DNA from: Candidatus Saccharimonadales bacterium
GTDB taxonomy: Bacteria; Patescibacteriota; Saccharimonadia; Saccharimonadales; JACDBH01
DNA: 64,000 nucleotides
NCBI GenBank assembly: GCA_041752595.1
Contig: JBGSWE010000006.1
Location: forward strand, 2,259 to 66,258
Direction of reading: 5' to 3'
The position numbers and the translations under genes are program-made. Position 1 is the stretch's first letter. Every line of letters begins with the position of its first letter. Shown piece after piece: positions 31,872 through 41,087 of the stretch. The notes beneath the pieces are model-generated. The model saw nothing but the letters and a program-made list of their open reading frames with translations. It had not been told where the DNA came from and did not search any database.

Positions 31872-33016
31872 TGGCAGACGTAGTTGTAAAAGTTGAGAAT
31901 GTTCATAAATCATTTAAACTGCCACATCAAAAACACAATTCAATCAAGGGACTGTTTCTGAATGCGTTTAAGGGTAGTGATAGGTACGAAAACCAAAAGG
32001 TGCTTAAGAACATAGATTTTGAAGTAAATAGAGGTGATTTTATTGCTATCGTTGGCCGTAATGGTTCGGGTAAGAGCACACTACTTAAGCTACTCGCGGG
32101 TATCTACACGCCTGACAGAGGCTTAATACACGTTAACGGAAAACTTATACCGTTCATTGAACTGGGAGTTGGCTTTAACCCCGAACTTACTGGCAGAGAA
32201 AATGTATTCCTTAACGGCGCTCTACTCGGTTTTAACCGCAAAGAAATGCTCGCAATGTATGATGATATTGTAAGTTTTTCTGAAATAGAAAAATTCATGG
32301 ACCAAAAACTCAAAAACTATTCTTCTGGTATGCAGGTGCGTCTTGCATTTTCTATTGCGATACGCGCTAGGGGTGACATTCTTTTGCTTGATGAAGTACT
32401 TGCGGTTGGTGACGCAGCTTTTCAACAAAAATGCTTTGATTATTTTGAACAATTGAAGCGCGAGAAAAAAACAGTTATATTTGTGTCGCATGACATGACA
32501 GCTGTTCGTAGATTTTGTAATAAAGCAATCTATGTAAGCAAAGGCGTTCTTACTCATGCAGGAACACCAGCTGAGGTATCAGATATTTATTCAGTAGATA
32601 ATATTGAAAATACGATTGACGGTTCACGCATCACAACCGAGGGAGTGGGTAATTATAAACTTTCTCCAAAAATAAAACATGAATCAGACAAAGAGGTAAT
32701 AATTGAATTTACATTCAAATCTCAAACAGACGAGGATTTATATATAGCACTCTCTATACTAAAAGATGGAAATTCAGTTGCTGAGATGAACTCTTTAGGC
32801 TATTTGAAGCTAAAGCAAAAAGGTGTTGCTGAGTTCAAAATAGATAAGACTCGGTTCAACGCCGGCGTATACGAATTAACCTGCATAATATGTAGGCAAA
32901 AAGATAAACACCTTATGTCAATAGGTACTAAAAACCTAACTTTCACCGTTAGCTCCGAAGACGATACTCGTGGAGCAGCTCTTTGGCTAGATAATACTTG
33001 GCATAAATTGAAATAA
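31871..33016 (+). CDS. ABC exporter ATP-binding protein (Wzt/TagH-like) with extra C-terminal domain
   Basis: Walker A GRNGSGKSTLLK, signature YSSGMQVRLAF, Walker B ILLLDEVLAVGD, plus about 130 additional C-terminal residues. Confidence 0.85.
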   Translation: MADVVVKVENVHKSFKLPHQKHNSIKGLFLNAFKGSDRYENQKVLKNIDFEVNRGDFIAIVGRNGSGKSTLLKLLAGIYTPDRGLIHVNGKLIPFIELGVGFNPELTGRENVFLNGALLGFNRKEMLAMYDDIVSFSEIEKFMDQKLKNYSSGMQVRLAFSIAIRARGDILLLDEVLAVGDAAFQQKCFDYFEQLKREKKTVIFVSHDMTAVRRFCNKAIYVSKGVLTHAGTPAEVSDIYSVDNIENTIDGSRITTEGVGNYKLSPKIKHESDKEVIIEFTFKSQTDEDLYIALSILKDGNSVAEMNSLGYLKLKQKGVAEFKIDKTRFNAGVYELTCIICRQKDKHLMSIGTKNLTFTVSSEDDTRGAALWLDNTWHKLK

Positions 33017-33020
33017 ATGA

Positions 33021-33797
33021 CTAAGAATAATCTTTAAACTCAAAATCAGCAGATTTTTTATGGTACCAAGTTTCTTTGTGGGATTTTTCTGTTCTCATTT
33101 TTGTGTAAGGGTGATTAGGGTCGCTATATAAATCCCAAGTTAAATGCAGCGCTTTTGATTTTTTGGTACGCGCCCATTTTTTGCCGATAACATCGTAGCA
33201 ATAACGGTGCATTTCACTATCAACAAGGGATAGATTGTTTAAGTTTTTCCATTTTATAAAGTCGGCAAACTCACCACCCCTTAAAATAAGTAAATGACCA
33301 CCCGTGTATGCTTCATAGTAATATTTATTAGAACGCATATCCGGAGGTATCCAGTTAGTAGATTCAGGAAAAGCCAAAATAGGGAGGTTTTTCATGTCTA
33401 GGCTTATTCCGCACGCAAATACATCAGAGTTCTTCTCGAGTATAGAGAGCTCCTCCGTTAACCAACTATTGTCTTTTGATATCAAATCACCATCAGTGAG
33501 GATAACGTATTTACGTTTACTAATTTTGGTTAGCTCCAGATTTACGATCGTATCGTATGCATTTCCAGTAATATTTTCACTAAATAGATAATACCTACTT
33601 ATGTACCCCTTTTTACCGTAATTTTCAACTAAGTTCTTGATATGATTTGTATTTGCGCTTGGATTCTCAATAATAACAATCTCGAGCCAGTCAGAAAATT
33701 TTGTTAGAAAACGAAGGCTTTTCTCGATAATTTCTATTTGATCAAAAACCAAAACGTAGCACAAAACTCTTTCTTTAGGCTTTTTTCTTAATAGCAT
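33021..33797 (-). CDS. hypothetical protein, GT-A-like glycosyltransferase fold suspected
   Basis: VLVFDQIEIIEKSL...VIIENPSANT...VILTDGDL follows the layout of a nucleotide-sugar-binding and DxD region. I could not assign a family. Confidence 0.35.
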   Translation of the reverse strand: MLLRKKPKERVLCYVLVFDQIEIIEKSLRFLTKFSDWLEIVIIENPSANTNHIKNLVENYGKKGYISRYYLFSENITGNAYDTIVNLELTKISKRKYVILTDGDLISKDNSWLTEELSILEKNSDVFACGISLDMKNLPILAFPESTNWIPPDMRSNKYYYEAYTGGHLLILRGGEFADFIKWKNLNNLSLVDSEMHRYCYDVIGKKWARTKKSKALHLTWDLYSDPNHPYTKMRTEKSHKETWYHKKSADFEFKDYS

Positions 33798-33886
33798 TAT
33801 CTGATTATAAGGTTTTTATCATATAATTAGGTATGGATAATAAAAAAACAATGAATTAATGACCTTAAGACCAAGAGAAAAATATT

Positions 33887-34963
33887 ATGAAAATAATTAA
33901 TGTTGCTAAAAGCTATCTACCTCCAGTTGAAGAATATAAGCAACTTGTTGACAAAATATGGGAAAACGGTCAACTAACTAATCAGGGGCCGCTTCTTCGT
34001 AAATTTGAGAAGGAGGCTAAAAATTATTTAAATCTAGACTCTTTTCATTTTGTTCAAAATGGAACTGTAGCACTACAGCTGGCTATTAGATCGTTGGGCA
34101 TAACTGAGGGTGAAATTATCACAACACCATTCTCTTACGTTGCTACTACATCAGCTATATTATGGGAGCGATGTACGCCCGTATTTGTAGACATTGAGCC
34201 CGAGAACTACTGCATTGATGCTGATAAAATAGAAGCCTCAATTACTCCAAACACCAAAGCTATACTAGCAGTACATGTATTTGGGTATGCATGCGATGTT
34301 GAAAAAATACAATTACTCGCAGAAAAGTACGGACTTAAAGTTATTTATGATGCTGCTCATGCGTTTGGTGTTAAGTATAAAGATAGGTCCTTATTATCAT
34401 ATGGAGACATCTCTACATGTAGTTTCCATGCGACTAAGTTATTTCACACTATAGAAGGTGGTTGTTTGGTAGTAAATTCTAAGGATGTTGATAGTAAAGT
34501 AGAATTAATGAAGAGGTTTGGCCATAATGGTGATGACCATATCATGCTTGGCATAAACGCTAAGGTTTCTGAGCTTCATGCAGCAATGGGGATATGTAAT
34601 CTTCCTGTAGTCGACAAGCTTATAGTTGAAAGAATGCGTATCTCACAGCTCTACGATAAATTGTTAAACGGTAGATTTAAACTACCTAGCAAACAGCAAG
34701 ACATTGACTATAACTATGCTTACTATCCTGTGCTACTTGATAATGAACAACAGCTTATAGAATGCCTGAATAGATTGGGGCTTCTCAATATTTACCCTAG
34801 ACGCTATTTTTATCCGTCCCTTAACCAGCTACCGTATTTAAAAGACTATAGACAAATATGTTCAATTTCAGAAAATATAGCAAGCCGTATCCTATGCTTA
34901 CCTCTATACAGTGACCTAGAAGACGAGGATATTAAAATTATTGTTAGGGAACTCTTGAAATGA
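33887..34963 (+). CDS. DegT/DnrJ/EryC1/StrS-family PLP-dependent sugar aminotransferase
   Basis: NGTVALQLAIRSLG..., SFHATKLFHTIEGG (PLP lysine context). The 358-aa length is typical of dTDP-4-keto-6-deoxyhexose aminotransferases. Confidence 0.85.
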   Translation: MKIINVAKSYLPPVEEYKQLVDKIWENGQLTNQGPLLRKFEKEAKNYLNLDSFHFVQNGTVALQLAIRSLGITEGEIITTPFSYVATTSAILWERCTPVFVDIEPENYCIDADKIEASITPNTKAILAVHVFGYACDVEKIQLLAEKYGLKVIYDAAHAFGVKYKDRSLLSYGDISTCSFHATKLFHTIEGGCLVVNSKDVDSKVELMKRFGHNGDDHIMLGINAKVSELHAAMGICNLPVVDKLIVERMRISQLYDKLLNGRFKLPSKQQDIDYNYAYYPVLLDNEQQLIECLNRLGLLNIYPRRYFYPSLNQLPYLKDYRQICSISENIASRILCLPLYSDLEDEDIKIIVRELLK

Positions 34964-35562
34964 TTCAGCGTGTCAGAAATAAGAAGATTAAAGATATAAT
35001 AAAAAACCATCCTGGTAAAATAAAACTCAATATAGGATGTGGTACGGACTATAAAGAGGGCTGGATTAATATTGATAATAATTCAGACAATAATATACAA
35101 AAGCTTGATCTTAACTGGGATATGCGTAATCCACTACCTTTTGAGCAAGACTCAATTGATTATATTTTCAATGAGCATTTTTTCGAACACCTAACACCAG
35201 AAGATGGAGTCAAAGTCATGGTCGATCTACGAAGAATACTTAAACCAGGAGGTACTCTTAGGATCGCTATGCCCGACCTAGAGGTAATTGTAAATAGTTA
35301 TCAAAACGTTCCACTAAATAAAGACCCAATAATTAAGGAGTTCAATATTGATTTTGTGAAAACTCGCGCTGAGTGGATTAATATGTCATTTAGATGGTGG
35401 GGGCATATGTGGCTTTATGACTGGGAGGAGCTTGATCGTCGTCTTAAGGAAGCAGGTTTCACAAAGATCATAAGATGTAAACTGAGTAAAAGTAATAATA
35501 AAGAACTTAACAAGCTTGAAATACGTTCAGGCTCATACCTAATTGCGGAAGCAGAAAAATGA
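34960..35562 (+). CDS. class I SAM-dependent methyltransferase
   Basis: LNIGCGTDYKEGWINIDN and LKPGGTLRIAMPD. ATGA overlap with the aminotransferase gene. Confidence 0.7.
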   Translation: MIQRVRNKKIKDIIKNHPGKIKLNIGCGTDYKEGWINIDNNSDNNIQKLDLNWDMRNPLPFEQDSIDYIFNEHFFEHLTPEDGVKVMVDLRRILKPGGTLRIAMPDLEVIVNSYQNVPLNKDPIIKEFNIDFVKTRAEWINMSFRWWGHMWLYDWEELDRRLKEAGFTKIIRCKLSKSNNKELNKLEIRSGSYLIAEAEK

Positions 35563-36842
35563 AAAATAACGTACTTGTTTTCCCCTGCGGTAGTGAGATT
35601 GGGCTTGAGCTTCACAAGTCACTGCAATATTCTACACATTTCCATCTGGTTGGCGCATCTTCGTTAGCTGATCATGGGAGTTATGTTTATGTGGACTATA
35701 TCGAGGGTTTACCCTTCATTGATAGCGACGACTTTATCTCTACTATTAACAAGATAGTAACCGACAGAGATATAAAGTATATTTTTCCTGCTCACGATAG
35801 CGTGGTGCTGAAATTAGCTCAGGCAAAAGCTGAGGGTAAACTTGCGTGTGAGGTAATTACTTCACACTTTGATACATGTGACGTAGCGCGGTCTAAAAAG
35901 AAAACATACGAAACTTTTGCAGATATTATTCCTGTTCCAAAGCTGTATCAAATAGAGGAACTGACAGAAGATATGTTCCCACTTTTTCTCAAGCCGGATA
36001 TAGGACAAGGATCAAAAGGTACTTATAAAGCTACAAATATTGAGGATGTGAAATTTTTCAAATCTAAAGACCCCTCCCTACTTATAATGGAATATTTACC
36101 AGGTAGTGAATATACAATTGATTGCTTTACAGATAAAAATGGTAAACTTTCATTTTGTGAGGGTCGTGAACGAACAAGAATTTCAAATGGAATTAGTGTC
36201 AACTCTGCGCGGGTTAATGATAGTAGGTTTAAAATACTTGCCGAAAAAATACAAGCAAAACTAAAGTTTAGAGGTGTTTGGTTTTTCCAGGTGAAAGAGA
36301 ATACCGATAAAGAGTTTGTTTTAATGGAGATAGCACCTCGTGTAGCGGGTACTATGGGGCTCACGCGTGCCAAGGGGGTAAATCTTGCGCTTCTAAGTCT
36401 TTTTGATGCCGAAGGTAGCGATGTAGAGCCGATTGAAAACAACCATAACTTAGTTATCGACAGAGCATTATATAACAGCTACAAGCACGACATAAAATAT
36501 CAGCATGTATATTTAGATTTTGACGACACCGTTATCGTTGACGGTAAGATAAATATTCTACTTATGGCATTTGTATTCCAATGTATAAATAAGGATATTC
36601 AAGTTCACCTAATAACAAGACATAAACAAGTACTGGAAGAAACCCTCGAAAAGTATAGAATAAGAAATATTTTTGACGAAATAATATGGATTCAAGATGA
36701 AAGAGAGAAGCATACATATATTGAAAATAAAGACGCTATATTTATTGATGACTCACATGCTGAGCGAAAAAAAGTATTTGAAGAGCATGGGATACCGGTT
36801 ATTGATCCGCACGCAGTAGAGAGTTTAATGGAAAATTTCTAA
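35559..36842 (+). CDS. ATP-grasp ligase fused to a HAD-like C-terminal domain
   Basis: ATP-grasp blocks (LFLKPDIGQGSKGTYKA, MEYLPGSEYTIDCF, FFQVKE...EIAPRVAGTMG). The C-terminus carries HAD motifs VYLDFDDTVIV and IFIDDSHAERKKV. Confidence 0.65.
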   Translation: MKNNVLVFPCGSEIGLELHKSLQYSTHFHLVGASSLADHGSYVYVDYIEGLPFIDSDDFISTINKIVTDRDIKYIFPAHDSVVLKLAQAKAEGKLACEVITSHFDTCDVARSKKKTYETFADIIPVPKLYQIEELTEDMFPLFLKPDIGQGSKGTYKATNIEDVKFFKSKDPSLLIMEYLPGSEYTIDCFTDKNGKLSFCEGRERTRISNGISVNSARVNDSRFKILAEKIQAKLKFRGVWFFQVKENTDKEFVLMEIAPRVAGTMGLTRAKGVNLALLSLFDAEGSDVEPIENNHNLVIDRALYNSYKHDIKYQHVYLDFDDTVIVDGKINILLMAFVFQCINKDIQVHLITRHKQVLEETLEKYRIRNIFDEIIWIQDEREKHTYIENKDAIFIDDSHAERKKVFEEHGIPVIDPHAVESLMENF

Positions 36843-36858
36843 TTCAAGGAGAGTAGTA

Positions 36859-37404
36859 ATGTCAGACATAAAAAAAGAAGTCTCAGCAATGGATAAAAAA
36901 TATTTCGAGCTATTGAGAGAAGATGTATCCAGCTTACTTAGTAAAGTAGGTGAAACATTTGATAAGGTGAACATTAGGGTGCTTGATATAGCACCACAAG
37001 ACCACGAAGGTGCAAATCCTTACTTTAAGCTAGCAACCGTTGAGACCCTGGATATTGATCCGAATTCGGGAGCTACATATATTGCGGACCTGTGTATTGA
37101 AAACTCAGATGTGATTCCAGCAGAAAACTTCGATGTAGTCATATGTACAGAAGTGCTCGAACATACCCTACAACCTTTTAAGGCGGTAGAAGAAATAAAA
37201 AGGATACTAAAAAAGGGTGGAGTTGCGGCAGTTTCTACGCCCTATAATTTCAGAATTCATGGACCACTTCCAGACTGTTGGAGGTTTACGGAGCATGGGC
37301 TACGCGAACTTTTTAAAGAATTTGAAATTATTTCATTAAATCAACTTGATGATGAGGATAGATTCCTCATGCCCATACACTACACTATGATTGTGAAGAA
37401 GTAG
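36859..37404 (+). CDS. class I SAM-dependent methyltransferase
   Basis: VLDIAPQ..., VVICTEVLEHTLQPFKAVEEIKRILKKGG. Confidence 0.65.
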   Translation: MSDIKKEVSAMDKKYFELLREDVSSLLSKVGETFDKVNIRVLDIAPQDHEGANPYFKLATVETLDIDPNSGATYIADLCIENSDVIPAENFDVVICTEVLEHTLQPFKAVEEIKRILKKGGVAAVSTPYNFRIHGPLPDCWRFTEHGLRELFKEFEIISLNQLDDEDRFLMPIHYTMIVKK

Positions 37405-37406
37405 TA

Positions 37407-38471
37407 ATGAAAAAAACGCCCAAAGTTTCTATTATCACCATAACCTATAATCATGCAGAGTATATTAGACAGGCTCTCGATAGTTTTGTAATGCAAGTAA
37501 CTGATTATGATTTTGAGGTCATAGTAGCGGATGATGCGTCTACTGACGGAACACAGGAAGTAATTGAAGAGTATAACAAAAAGTATCCTCATATAATAAG
37601 GCCAATATTACGAAAAAAAAATATAGGCGCATGGACGAACTTTATAGATGCAATTAGAGAAGCAAAGGGCGATTACATAGCACTTTGTGAAGGAGACGAT
37701 TATTGGACCGACGAAAATAAACTACAAATTCAATCCGAATTGCTAGACAAAAATCCGGATCTTGGTCTTTGCTTCCATCCGGTAAACGTAATTTACCAAG
37801 ATAATTCAAAGAAGTCATTTATTTACCCAGTAATATCAGAAAGTATCAATTTTACGGTTGAAGAGTTGCTTGCAAGAAATTATATTCAAACAAATTCAGT
37901 TATGTATAGAAGACAAGATTATTCGAAACTTGCAAAAGTGATGATGCCCGGGGACTGGTATCTTCATCTTTTCCATGCATATTATGGTGGAATTGGTTTT
38001 ACGGATCGTGTCATGTCTGTATACCGGAAACATCCTGGTGGAATGTGGTGGGATTCAGAAAATGACCTTAGTAAATTATGGAGTAAACACGGTACTAGCC
38101 ATATGGCATTTTGGGATGAGGTAATGAGGCTACATGGAAATAACCTAACAAATCAAAAGACAATAAATAACGGCATCATTAACCTATTTGATGCTATGGT
38201 TGAAGCCGATAAAAGTCAAGATAACAGCAACCTTATTGATATCATCGCGGCGTATCCGCGATTTACAAAAGTATATATTGAGAATTTAGTTAAAGCTAAG
38301 ATAGATTTTAAAAAACATGCAAAAGAACAGGCAGATATTATTGAACATTACGTCACGAAATATAAACAACAAGAAAAGCAAATTGCTGAATTTAATAAAA
38401 TGGTAAATTCTTCCCTATTTAAGAAGGCGCTCTTATACGCAAAGAAATTACCAAAACACATAAAAAAATAA
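37407..38471 (+). CDS. glycosyltransferase family 2
   Basis: VSIITITYNHAEYIRQALDSF...VIVADDASTDGT...CEGDDYW. Confidence 0.8.
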   Translation: MKKTPKVSIITITYNHAEYIRQALDSFVMQVTDYDFEVIVADDASTDGTQEVIEEYNKKYPHIIRPILRKKNIGAWTNFIDAIREAKGDYIALCEGDDYWTDENKLQIQSELLDKNPDLGLCFHPVNVIYQDNSKKSFIYPVISESINFTVEELLARNYIQTNSVMYRRQDYSKLAKVMMPGDWYLHLFHAYYGGIGFTDRVMSVYRKHPGGMWWDSENDLSKLWSKHGTSHMAFWDEVMRLHGNNLTNQKTINNGIINLFDAMVEADKSQDNSNLIDIIAAYPRFTKVYIENLVKAKIDFKKHAKEQADIIEHYVTKYKQQEKQIAEFNKMVNSSLFKKALLYAKKLPKHIKK

Positions 38472-38483
38472 TTTAACACCTAA

Positions 38484-41048
38484 CTAATCGGTATTACTAA
38501 AATATTTCAAGTAGGTATTTTGAGTATACTTATTCATCATGGATTGTGAATATAAACCCATATTTTGCAGATCACTATTTTTTGTAGACTTGTTTAAGAG
38601 TTTTTCAAGGGCATTTGCAAACTGACCAATATCATCAGAAATAAATAATCCATTCTTACCATCTACAAGCTGTTCTTCCATACCGGCGCTGTCATTGCGT
38701 AACACTACATGACCCATTAGCATTCCTTCTGCAACATACAATGCAAAGGTTTCGTTCAAAGAACAGCAAATTACAACATTACACTTACTACTAATATCTA
38801 GAGCTTGGTCCCTAGGAACTGGTGGATAAATGTGCAATCTATCTCCTAATGTTGAAATGCCTATGCTTTTAATTTGTTGTGAAACGTAATCGTCCTTAAT
38901 TGAGACAAGGTGAAGGTCGTAGTCTCTATAATTCTTGGGATTTTTAGCTTCGTACCTCAGTTTGAATTCATTAAATGCAGCTAGTGCTATTAATTGACCT
39001 TTCCTGCCATCTGATGGTGTGCCAGATATGTAGAAATTAAGTTTCTCGTATTCACTTGCTACTCTAGATTTACGGTATTTAGCAGGTACATTAACATTTA
39101 ATGGTACACTAACTACCCTGTCGGTATTAAATAGCCGATCGTAGAATTTTTTCACACGGACTGAAGGCACATATACTAGAAGCTTTTCTTTATTTATAAG
39201 ACTACCAATTTTTTTAATCTCTTTCTTAGATTCTATTTCTGGCTTAACTACTTTTAGCTGTTCCTCGTCTTCATGAATGAACCAGTGTAGCTTAGAAATT
39301 TTGTCATGTATAAGCATGTTTATTGCAACTTCGCGGTAGTTATCATAAATAGCAACCGTATTCATAAATACGAAATCATTTTTCTTTAAGGCCAATTGAG
39401 CAGCAGTAAGGCTGTAGTTCATTAGTGCAGCCTTTTCAACGCGAACTCCTTTTGCGGTAAGTTTAGATAATATCTCAGGTTCTATATCAGGAGTAATAAT
39501 CCGTATGCGCTTAGGATTATATTTTTCAACAAACTCATCTATTATCTGTAGCAATACAAGTGGTGCGCCAGTATTATCTATAGGGTGTGATAAAAATATG
39601 TAGTCACCAGTTGTGACCACTCGTTTTTTTAACTGATTCTTAACTATATGTCCTGCAAGTCTTGCCGATTTTTTTATCCCTTTTTTACGTGCATAAGCGA
39701 TGACTTTTCTTGGGTTTTTTACGGCTCCTACAATTCGACTTTCTGGCTTAAGGGCATCATTAACCACATCACTGGCTGGTAAACCTGATAATCCACTATT
39801 AATTTTGAACTCTTTCTCTTTATGATAGGGAAGAGCATGGGAAGAAATAACTTCTGAAAGTTCTTTTGTAACATTATGCCAATAATATTTATTTTTAAGT
39901 GAAATTACAGCTCGTTTTTTATCTTCTAACTCACTATTTTTCTTGTAAATATTTTCAATCGACTGAACTATAGTTTTGCTGTCCATATTGTTAAGATAAA
40001 ATGCTGCATCTTCACGAATAAGTTCATCACCAAGCGGATCTCCGCCGTTGGTAAGGGTTACTACCTCGCCCCATATATAGTCCATAACTCTAGTGCGCCA
40101 TGCAAAGATGTTTTCATCGCCTGGTTGATTCAGGCTAATTACAAAGTCCGCATTCTGATACCAGTTAATTCGAGAGTCGTAGTCCACCCAATCAACTAAG
40201 AATAAAGATTTATTTAAAATCTTATGTTTTTTAGCATACTCTTGTGCTTTCGTATACTGCCTTAACAGATCGGGATTATCATTAAACGGGTTCTTTCCCC
40301 CAACGAGTATAAATTTGAAATCGCGTTGCTTCTTAGAGAGTACTTCCACTGCATCTAATAACTCATCAACACGAAACCATGGGTATAAACCACCAAACCA
40401 GAGGACTATTTTATCACTAGATTTAATGCCAAGTTCTAAATAAGGGTTAATAGTAGCTGTTGCAGAAACATCATGTATACCAAAAGGTACTACTTTGATG
40501 CGATCTTGTCTGTAGGACATGGGATTAATGATGCCTAAACTTCCTAGTACTCCAGTATAAAATACCTTCTGTACATCATTGGCGCAGATAAAGTAATCAC
40601 CTCTTTTAAGCACCTTATTGTGTCTCGCTACATCCTGTTGATAGTTACCATATTCACCCAGCATGTTAGTAGTATCGCGTGCAGAGACTTCGACATATAT
40701 AGGCACATATACATCAAGTACAAGTTGGACACTATCTTTAATGTTATCAACGACAAATACAGAAGGGTCACCCATACAATAACTCATAATTACAGTGTCA
40801 TATGTGTTAATTAGATTCACAAAATCTTCATCTAGATCCCAATTCAGCAGACCAATTCCATCCAGTTTCGACTTTTCTTGGGGGAAGGAGTTGTGTATTG
40901 CAATATCTACACCTATTCCATTTTTACTAAGTCCTTTCGCGAGTCCCCAAGCCCTCATACCACCGCCCTCAATCTTTTGATATTGTGGCGTTGGTATTGG
41001 TCCGTAGGAAATTACAAGACAGGACTTGTGTTTTTTATCTATATTCAC
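38484..41048 (-). CDS. 854-aa protein with two GT-B (GT4/GT1-like) glycosyltransferase modules
   Basis: The first half has VLWFGGLYPWFRVDELLDAV...FILVGG. The second half has DNTGAPLVLLQIIDEF... and FALYVAEGMLMGHVVLRNDSAGMEEQLVDGKNGLF. Confidence 0.6.
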   Translation of the reverse strand: MNIDKKHKSCLVISYGPIPTPQYQKIEGGGMRAWGLAKGLSKNGIGVDIAIHNSFPQEKSKLDGIGLLNWDLDEDFVNLINTYDTVIMSYCMGDPSVFVVDNIKDSVQLVLDVYVPIYVEVSARDTTNMLGEYGNYQQDVARHNKVLKRGDYFICANDVQKVFYTGVLGSLGIINPMSYRQDRIKVVPFGIHDVSATATINPYLELGIKSSDKIVLWFGGLYPWFRVDELLDAVEVLSKKQRDFKFILVGGKNPFNDNPDLLRQYTKAQEYAKKHKILNKSLFLVDWVDYDSRINWYQNADFVISLNQPGDENIFAWRTRVMDYIWGEVVTLTNGGDPLGDELIREDAAFYLNNMDSKTIVQSIENIYKKNSELEDKKRAVISLKNKYYWHNVTKELSEVISSHALPYHKEKEFKINSGLSGLPASDVVNDALKPESRIVGAVKNPRKVIAYARKKGIKKSARLAGHIVKNQLKKRVVTTGDYIFLSHPIDNTGAPLVLLQIIDEFVEKYNPKRIRIITPDIEPEILSKLTAKGVRVEKAALMNYSLTAAQLALKKNDFVFMNTVAIYDNYREVAINMLIHDKISKLHWFIHEDEEQLKVVKPEIESKKEIKKIGSLINKEKLLVYVPSVRVKKFYDRLFNTDRVVSVPLNVNVPAKYRKSRVASEYEKLNFYISGTPSDGRKGQLIALAAFNEFKLRYEAKNPKNYRDYDLHLVSIKDDYVSQQIKSIGISTLGDRLHIYPPVPRDQALDISSKCNVVICCSLNETFALYVAEGMLMGHVVLRNDSAGMEEQLVDGKNGLFISDDIGQFANALEKLLNKSTKNSDLQNMGLYSQSMMNKYTQNTYLKYFSNTD

Positions 41049-41087
41049 TGTAATTATTCTAACAGATTACAAGCTACATTCTAAACG

